Positions 58,301 through 64,000 of a DNA stretch of 64,000 bases are shown here, piece after piece. Under the pieces are notes generated by a model. It made no database searches. It saw nothing but the letters and a program-made list of their open reading frames with translations, and was not told the origin of the DNA. The stretch is from positions 224,288 through 288,287 of the forward strand of contig JBNKBE010000004.1 in the NCBI GenBank assembly GCA_050287085.1. Direction: 5' to 3'. The stretch comes from Polyangiaceae bacterium (lineage in GTDB: Bacteria; Myxococcota_A; Polyangia; Polyangiales; Polyangiaceae). The translations under genes and the position numbers were made by a program. Within the stretch, counting starts at the first letter, position 1, and every line of letters begins with the position of its first letter.

Positions 58301-60310
58301 GTGACGCCTTCCGCAGGACGACCCGGGCGAGTTGCCCTGCGCGCCCTGCTACCCGGGCTAGCAGCCATGGGCCTGGCGGCGTTTGGCTGTCGTTCAGGAT
58401 ACCATCCGGTGCCGCAGCCCCCTCCGTCGACCTCACCGAAGGTGGATCGTTGCGTGGCTCCCGAGCAGCCCATGGCTCCGGTGACAGCCGATCCGGCGGG
58501 ACGTTTCCCACGCAACGGATGCGTGGAACGGGCAGCAGAACTGGTCCGCACCCTGTCTCTGGAAGAGAAGCTGGGGCAAATGATGCAGCCTGAGCGCGCA
58601 GCCATCCGGGATCCCAAGCAGATCACTACCCACGGCTTCGGCTCGATTCTCTCCGGGGGGGGCTCGGCCCCGAGCCCCAACACGCCCGTGGCGTGGGCTC
58701 AGATGGTCAACGCCTACCGTGAGGCCTCACTTGCGTCGAAGAGCGCCATACCCATGCTCTACGGCGTGGATGCGGTACACGGCCACAACAACGTAGCCGG
58801 CGCCGTCATCTTCCCTCATAACATCGGTCTGGGCGCAAGTCGCGACGCCGAGCTCGTACAGCAAATCGGGCGCGCCACAGCAGAAGCCGTTGCCGGCACC
58901 CAGATCGATTGGGACTTCGCGCCGGTGCTGGCGGCCGCACGAGACGAGCGCTGGGGCCGCACCTACGAGGCCTATGGCGAGACCGAAGAACTCGCGGAAC
59001 TGCTAGGGCCAGCGATGATCCGCGGCCTCCAAGGAGACGCCCTGGGACAAGCGCAACCCAGCGTTCTCGCCTGCGCGAAGCACTACTTGGGGGACGGGTA
59101 CACGAGCGGGGGCAAAGACCAAGGGGATGCGGAGGTGAGCGAGGCCCTAGCGATCGAGCGCATTCTGCCGGCGTATCGGGAAGCCATCGCCGCGGGCGTC
59201 GGGTCCGTGATGGTGTCGTACAGCAGCTTGAGCGGCAAGAAGATGCATTGTCATGGCCACATGATCAACGACATCCTCAAGGGTGAACTTGGCTTCCGCG
59301 GCTTCGTGATCTCCGATTACGCCGCGATCGAGCAGCTGCCGGGCAACTACAGCGACCAATTGGCCAGTGCGATCAACGCTGGCGTGGATATGGTGATGGC
59401 GCCGAAAGCGCATACCGGATTCATCACGACGCTCAAGGAGCTTGTTCCAGCGCGGGTACCCGAAGCGCGCATCGACGACGCGGTAACCCGCATCCTCGCC
59501 ACCAAATGCTCGCTGGGGCTGCTCGATGAGGGCCGATTTGCACGCGACCGCTCAGGGCAGCTGGCTATCTCGCCGCATCTAGCCGACGTGGGGAGCGCCC
59601 AGCATCGTGCGCTGGCCCGTAGAGCAGTGCGCGAGTCCCTCGTCCTGCTCAAGAACGACGGCGTATTGCCCCTGAAACCAGCGGCTCGGGTGCACGTTGT
59701 CGGACGACACGCAGACGACGTTGGACTACAGAGCGGGGGCTGGACCATCACCTGGCAGGGCAGTCGCGGTCCCATTACGGACGGGACCACGCTGCTCGGG
59801 GGGCTTCGGGAAGTGCTCGGGGCCGAACGGATAAGCTACTCGGCGTCGGCGGCTCAAGAGGGCGCAGAGGTCAACGTTCTGGCGATCGGAGAGACGCCCT
59901 ACGCCGAGTACAAAGGGGATAGCACGGACCTCAGGCTTCCCGACGAGGCCTACGACCTGGCAGCTCAGCTCGGCGCGCTGGATGTCCCATTGGTTGTGGT
60001 CTTGTTCACGGGGCGTCCGGTTGTGCTTGGACCCATCCTTGACGCCGCCGACGCCCTGGTGGCCGCGTGGCTCCCCGGCTCCGAAGGAGCTGGGATTGCC
60101 GACGTGCTCAGCGGCAAGTTCGACTTTGTTGGGCAACTGCCTCACACCTGGCCGCGCTCCGTCGAACAGGTACCGATCAACGTTGGAGACGCCCAATACG
60201 ATCCGCTATTTGCCTACGGGTTTGGTCAGCGTTACGCCCAAGCCTGCGCCGAGGCCGAGGGCAGTCCCTGCCCTGCGGCAAGCACGCCGACGCCGAGCGT
60301 TGCGCCCTAG
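58301..60310 (+). CDS. Glycoside hydrolase family 3 beta-glucosidase (lipoprotein)
   Basis: Lipobox 'LAAFG-C', 'YGVDAVHGH', 'RWGRTYE', 'CAKHY', nucleophile in 'VISDY', 'SLVLLKN', 'AWLPGSEG'. Start approximate. Confidence 0.95.
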   Translation: MTPSAGRPGRVALRALLPGLAAMGLAAFGCRSGYHPVPQPPPSTSPKVDRCVAPEQPMAPVTADPAGRFPRNGCVERAAELVRTLSLEEKLGQMMQPERAAIRDPKQITTHGFGSILSGGGSAPSPNTPVAWAQMVNAYREASLASKSAIPMLYGVDAVHGHNNVAGAVIFPHNIGLGASRDAELVQQIGRATAEAVAGTQIDWDFAPVLAAARDERWGRTYEAYGETEELAELLGPAMIRGLQGDALGQAQPSVLACAKHYLGDGYTSGGKDQGDAEVSEALAIERILPAYREAIAAGVGSVMVSYSSLSGKKMHCHGHMINDILKGELGFRGFVISDYAAIEQLPGNYSDQLASAINAGVDMVMAPKAHTGFITTLKELVPARVPEARIDDAVTRILATKCSLGLLDEGRFARDRSGQLAISPHLADVGSAQHRALARRAVRESLVLLKNDGVLPLKPAARVHVVGRHADDVGLQSGGWTITWQGSRGPITDGTTLLGGLREVLGAERISYSASAAQEGAEVNVLAIGETPYAEYKGDSTDLRLPDEAYDLAAQLGALDVPLVVVLFTGRPVVLGPILDAADALVAAWLPGSEGAGIADVLSGKFDFVGQLPHTWPRSVEQVPINVGDAQYDPLFAYGFGQRYAQACAEAEGSPCPAASTPTPSVAP

Positions 60311-60347
60311 ACTCAAAACCGAGCTTGTTTGACGGAGGAGATGACCC

Positions 60348-61268
60348 TTGGCTGGGAACAGCAGCAAAGCCGTGATCGCGGCATGTCTTGCCAATCTTGG
60401 TATTTGCGTTGCCAAAGCGATCGGCTTCGCGTTGACGGGGGCCGGCTCGATGCTGGCAGAAGCCGTTCACTCCTTCGCAGATGCTGGCAACCAGGCATTG
60501 TTGCTCTGGGGAGGGGCTCGGGCCGCGCGCAGTGCAAGTTCGGAGCACCCCTTTGGCTACGCCCGAGAGCGCTACTTCTGGGCATTTGTGGTGGCGCTCG
60601 TGATCTTCCTTCTAGGAAGCGTCTTTGCGCTGTACGAGGGTATTTCAAAGCTCGGACACCCCCACCCTCTGAGCGCGCCGGCGATTGCTGTCGGTATTCT
60701 GCTGGTGGGAGTTCTGCTCGAAGGGTGGTCCTTCAAGACGGCGCTCGCCGAAGCTCTGACTCTGAAAGCAGATCGGCCCTGGCGGGTCTTTCTCAAAGAC
60801 ACAAAGAGTGCGGAATTGCCCGTTGTCTTATTGGAAGACTTTGGGGCCCTGGTCGGATTGGCCATTGCGCTGGCGGGCGTTTCGCTCACTCAGATCACTG
60901 GGAACCCCATATTTGATGCCTGGGCCACCATCGCGATTGGGCTGCTCCTTGGCGTCATTGCGCTCTTTTTATCTCTAGAGATGCACAGTCTGCTGATTGG
61001 GGAGTCAGCGTCCGGTGAGCACCTGGCCTTGATTCGGGAGGCGATCGCTGAGCGGGGCGATCTGAGGCTGGTTCACCTGCGGACCATGCATCTGGGGCCG
61101 GACGAGCTCCTGGTTGCGATGAAGGTGTCTTTTGACCCTGACCTGTCGTTTACCGAACTGACTGGGACGATCGACGAGCTGGAAAGTGGGGTCCGGCGAC
61201 GGGTGCCCGCCGCTCGCTATATCTACGTGGAGCCCGACCGCTTCAAAGACGCGCCCGCCAACGCGTGA
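60348..61268 (+). CDS. Cation diffusion facilitator (CDF) transporter
   Basis: 'MLAEAVHSFADAGNQ', 'HPFGY.RERY', 'VLLEDFGALVGL', C-terminal 'IYVEPD'. GGAGGAG RBS and TTG start. Confidence 0.93.
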   Translation: MAGNSSKAVIAACLANLGICVAKAIGFALTGAGSMLAEAVHSFADAGNQALLLWGGARAARSASSEHPFGYARERYFWAFVVALVIFLLGSVFALYEGISKLGHPHPLSAPAIAVGILLVGVLLEGWSFKTALAEALTLKADRPWRVFLKDTKSAELPVVLLEDFGALVGLAIALAGVSLTQITGNPIFDAWATIAIGLLLGVIALFLSLEMHSLLIGESASGEHLALIREAIAERGDLRLVHLRTMHLGPDELLVAMKVSFDPDLSFTELTGTIDELESGVRRRVPAARYIYVEPDRFKDAPANA

Positions 61269-61436
61269 GCCGCCGGGGTCCCCACGGCCGCTCGCGCGAG
61301 CCCGGCCCCCGCCGGACTAAAATTCGCCGGAGTGTGCGGGCGGGTTCCAATCCAGGCGGTGGCTGGTTAAGGTCTAAGTGGCAAGCGCTGGCCCCACCAT
61401 CACCCGTCTGCGCCACCACGGTCACCAGGAGACATC

Positions 61437-61727
61437 TTGAACACACAAGTTGCGACCGAAAACGTTATGGAACAGGCCGTAGAACTGCTGACCCTGGGAA
61501 TGGGAACGGTGTTCGTTTTCCTGGGGTTATTGGTGCTCGCCACCTCAGCCATGTCGCGGCTGCTGCAGCGTTATGCACCCCAAGCCGCGCCGGTTTCGGT
61601 TCGGCCGCGACGAGGGCAGAACCGAGCCGCGCCGGGGCGCGCTTCTAGCCGTCCGAAGACCGTCGATCCGACTTTGCGGCGAGCCGTTGAGCTCGCACTG
61701 AAGCAATACGCCAAGCGTCACCTCTGA
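61437..61727 (+). CDS. oadG: Oxaloacetate decarboxylase gamma subunit
   Basis: '[17 protein letters not shown]' TM plus a Pro/Ala linker. AGGAG RBS. Upstream of oadA. Confidence 0.88.
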   Translation: MNTQVATENVMEQAVELLTLGMGTVFVFLGLLVLATSAMSRLLQRYAPQAAPVSVRPRRGQNRAAPGRASSRPKTVDPTLRRAVELALKQYAKRHL

Positions 61728-61815
61728 GCGCCGCGCACGGCAAGCGTCCGATGGGAGCGCCGGCGAGCGGGGGGACGTGGCCCAAGAGCCGCGCAAGCAT
61801 TCAAGAAGAACCGAC

Positions 61816-63579
61816 ATGAAGAAGCCACTAGGTCTGACCGAACTCGTACTCAGGGACGCCCATCAATCCTTGTTTGCTACGCGCATGCGCACCGACGACA
61901 TGTTGCCTATTGCGGACAAGTTGGATCGGGTGGGCTTCTGGTCGCTGGAGAGTTGGGGCGGAGCGACTTTCGATGCGTGTATCCGCTTTCTCGGGGAAGA
62001 TCCGTGGGAGCGTATTCGCCGACTCAAGAAGGCAATGCCGCGCACGCCGCATCAGATGTTGTTTCGCGGCCAGAACATTCTCGGCTATCGTCACTACGCC
62101 GATGACGTCGTGGAGCGTTTCGTCGAGCGAGCCGCGGTCAACGGCGTGGACGTCTTTCGCGTGTTTGACGCGATGAACGATCCGCGCAATCTCGAGACCG
62201 CCATTCGTGCCGTCTTGAAGGTTGGCAAGCACGCTCAGGGCACGATTTCCTACACCGTCAGCCCGGTACACGACGTTGCTTCGTGGGTCCGCTTGGCCAA
62301 GCAGATCGAGGCTATGGGGGCGATGTCCCTATGCATCAAGGACATGGCTGGTCTGCTGACCCCCTACGTAGCCTTCGACCTGGTGAGCAAGCTCAAGCGG
62401 GAGCTGAGAATTCCCATTCACATGCAGTCACATGCCACGACGGGCCTGTCGACAGCGACGTACCTGAAGTCGATCGAAGCAGGGATTGACAACGTCGACG
62501 CGGCCATCTCGTCGATGAGCATGACCTACGGTCACACCTCCACGGAGACGGTGGTTGCCATGCTCCAGGGCACAGAGCGAGACACGGGTCTGGATCTCAA
62601 CTTGCTGCAGGATGTCGCCGCCTACTTCCGCGAGGTGCGGAAGAAGTACAAGAAGTTCGAAGGGGCCCTCAAGGGAACCGATAGCCGCATTCTGGTGGCA
62701 CAGGTGCCGGGCGGCATGCTGACCAACATGGAAAACCAGCTGCGAGAGCAGAACGCCAGCGACAAGCTCGACGCAGTGCTTGAAGAGATCCCTCGGGTAC
62801 GGAAGGACCTCGGCTACATCCCCCTCGTGACCCCAACCTCTCAAATCGTGGGGACTCAGGCCGTGATCAACGTCATGACGGGGGAGCGCTACAAGACCAT
62901 CTCCAAGGAGACACAAGGTGTGTTGCGCGGAGAGTACGGCGCCACACCAGCGCCGGTGAACGCGGAGCTCCAGGCGCGCGCGCTTCGGGGCGATCAGGTC
63001 TTGACGTGCCGACCCGCGGACAGATTGGAGCCAGAGATGCAGCGGCTCACGGCTGAGCTCGAGAAGCTCTCGGCGGAGCATGGCTTTGCCCTAGCCAATG
63101 ACGTTGTTGACGATGTGCTCACCTACGCGCTCTTCCCACAAGTGGGACTCAAGTTTCTGAAGAACCGAGGCAAGCCCGAGGCCTTCGAACCTGCTCCCAC
63201 AGGCAACGAATCCGACGGCGCAGCGCCGCCCGCCGACACCTTTACGGTAGAGGTCGACGGACAGAAGTTCGTCGTCAAGGTCGCGCCCGGGGGTGAATTG
63301 AAGCACATCGAGGCGGCGGGCACGGCGTCGAGCTCTGCATCCACAGCGCCGGCGGCAGGGGGTGAGGGTACACCCCTATGCGCGCCTCTGGCCGGACGGG
63401 TTGTCGACGTACGCGTAGCAGAAGGTGACGCCGTCGAGGCGGGAGAGGTCGTTGTGATCCTGGAAGCCATGAAGATGGAAACTGAAGTGCGCGCCTCGAG
63501 CTCCGGTACGGTTGTGTCGATCGATTGCGCCAGCGGTGATGCTGTGCACGTGGGCGACACGTTGCTGTGTGTCTGTTAA
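61816..63579 (+). CDS. oadA: Na+-translocating oxaloacetate decarboxylase alpha subunit
   Basis: '[13 protein letters not shown]', 'SWGGATFD', 'IKDMAG', 'QVPGGM', '[11 protein letters not shown]', biotin motif 'EAMKM'. Confidence 0.95.
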   Translation: MKKPLGLTELVLRDAHQSLFATRMRTDDMLPIADKLDRVGFWSLESWGGATFDACIRFLGEDPWERIRRLKKAMPRTPHQMLFRGQNILGYRHYADDVVERFVERAAVNGVDVFRVFDAMNDPRNLETAIRAVLKVGKHAQGTISYTVSPVHDVASWVRLAKQIEAMGAMSLCIKDMAGLLTPYVAFDLVSKLKRELRIPIHMQSHATTGLSTATYLKSIEAGIDNVDAAISSMSMTYGHTSTETVVAMLQGTERDTGLDLNLLQDVAAYFREVRKKYKKFEGALKGTDSRILVAQVPGGMLTNMENQLREQNASDKLDAVLEEIPRVRKDLGYIPLVTPTSQIVGTQAVINVMTGERYKTISKETQGVLRGEYGATPAPVNAELQARALRGDQVLTCRPADRLEPEMQRLTAELEKLSAEHGFALANDVVDDVLTYALFPQVGLKFLKNRGKPEAFEPAPTGNESDGAAPPADTFTVEVDGQKFVVKVAPGGELKHIEAAGTASSSASTAPAAGGEGTPLCAPLAGRVVDVRVAEGDAVEAGEVVVILEAMKMETEVRASSSGTVVSIDCASGDAVHVGDTLLCVC

Positions 63580-63633
63580 GCCCGCGCTGGTCCACCCCCG
63601 CCTCCCCTCTACTACTACCGATTCCTTGATTGC

Positions 63634-64000
63634 ATGGAACACCTGATTCACTCCTGGCACAGCAGCGGCCTGTACTTGCTATGCGAGCAGTATCGAGCCG
63701 AAGGATTGCTCGGTCTTGGGCAACCGCTGATGATCCTCGTAGGCCTTCTTCTGCTGTACTTAGCCATCAAGAAGGGTTTTGAGCCTCTGCTGCTCGTGCC
63801 TATCGGTTTCGGTGCTGTGCTGAGCAATATCCCCGGAGCCGACTTCAACGCCCCTCCTACCGCCAGCGAGGCGGGCGGCCTGCTGTATTACGTGTACCAA
63901 GTTGGGGTGAACACGGGCGGGATCTTCCCCTTGTTGATCTTCATGGGCGTCGGCGCCTTGACGGACTTCGGGCCTCTGCTCGCCAACCCCAAGACGCTCT
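63634..64000 (+). CDS. oadB: Na+-translocating decarboxylase beta subunit (5' part, truncated by the window edge)
   Basis: Translates MEHLIHSW...'[35 protein letters not shown]'...'[25 protein letters not shown]'. Confidence 0.95.
   Translation, partial: MEHLIHSWHSSGLYLLCEQYRAEGLLGLGQPLMILVGLLLLYLAIKKGFEPLLLVPIGFGAVLSNIPGADFNAPPTASEAGGLLYYVYQVGVNTGGIFPLLIFMGVGALTDFGPLLANPKTL

Overview
GC-rich bacterial chromosomal segment. The gene inventory points to a myxobacterium, probably Polyangiales-like (inference): a Pro-rich membrane Ser/Thr kinase, a bactofilin, a sigma54 response regulator and a giant FG-GAP lipoprotein. Most of the window is core housekeeping: rpsB-tsf with its structured leader, gatCA-truB, trpG-trpD-trpC, xerD, rpmB, rpsP-khpA-rimM-trmD, map, gltBD, gltA, pheA, fabH, argG, and oadGAB (Na+-pumping oxaloacetate decarboxylase, truncated at the right edge). 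I found no CRISPR array, tRNA, rRNA, IS or prophage. The most unusual region is the first 8 kb. It holds a translationally coupled cassette of a PqqD/RRE protein, a lasso-B2-type transglutaminase-like peptidase and an HPr-kinase-like protein, with no lasso cyclase or recognisable precursor in the window. The cassette is transcribed divergently from a ~1345-aa FG-GAP/FN3 surface lipoprotein and two WbpB/WbpD-like sugar-nucleotide genes, and a possible nucleotidyltransferase C-terminus lies at the left edge. Other notable items are a ~775-aa protein fusing histone-like Lys/Ala repeats to a catalytically degenerate Fic domain, a miniaturised pseudo-gamma-glutamyltranspeptidase at the end of the rpsP operon, a NifU-like domain lacking its CxxC, an orphan FliK/SctP-like protein and several structured or repeated intergenic elements. 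All calls are by-eye motif recognition; no database searches were run, and start codons are best estimates.
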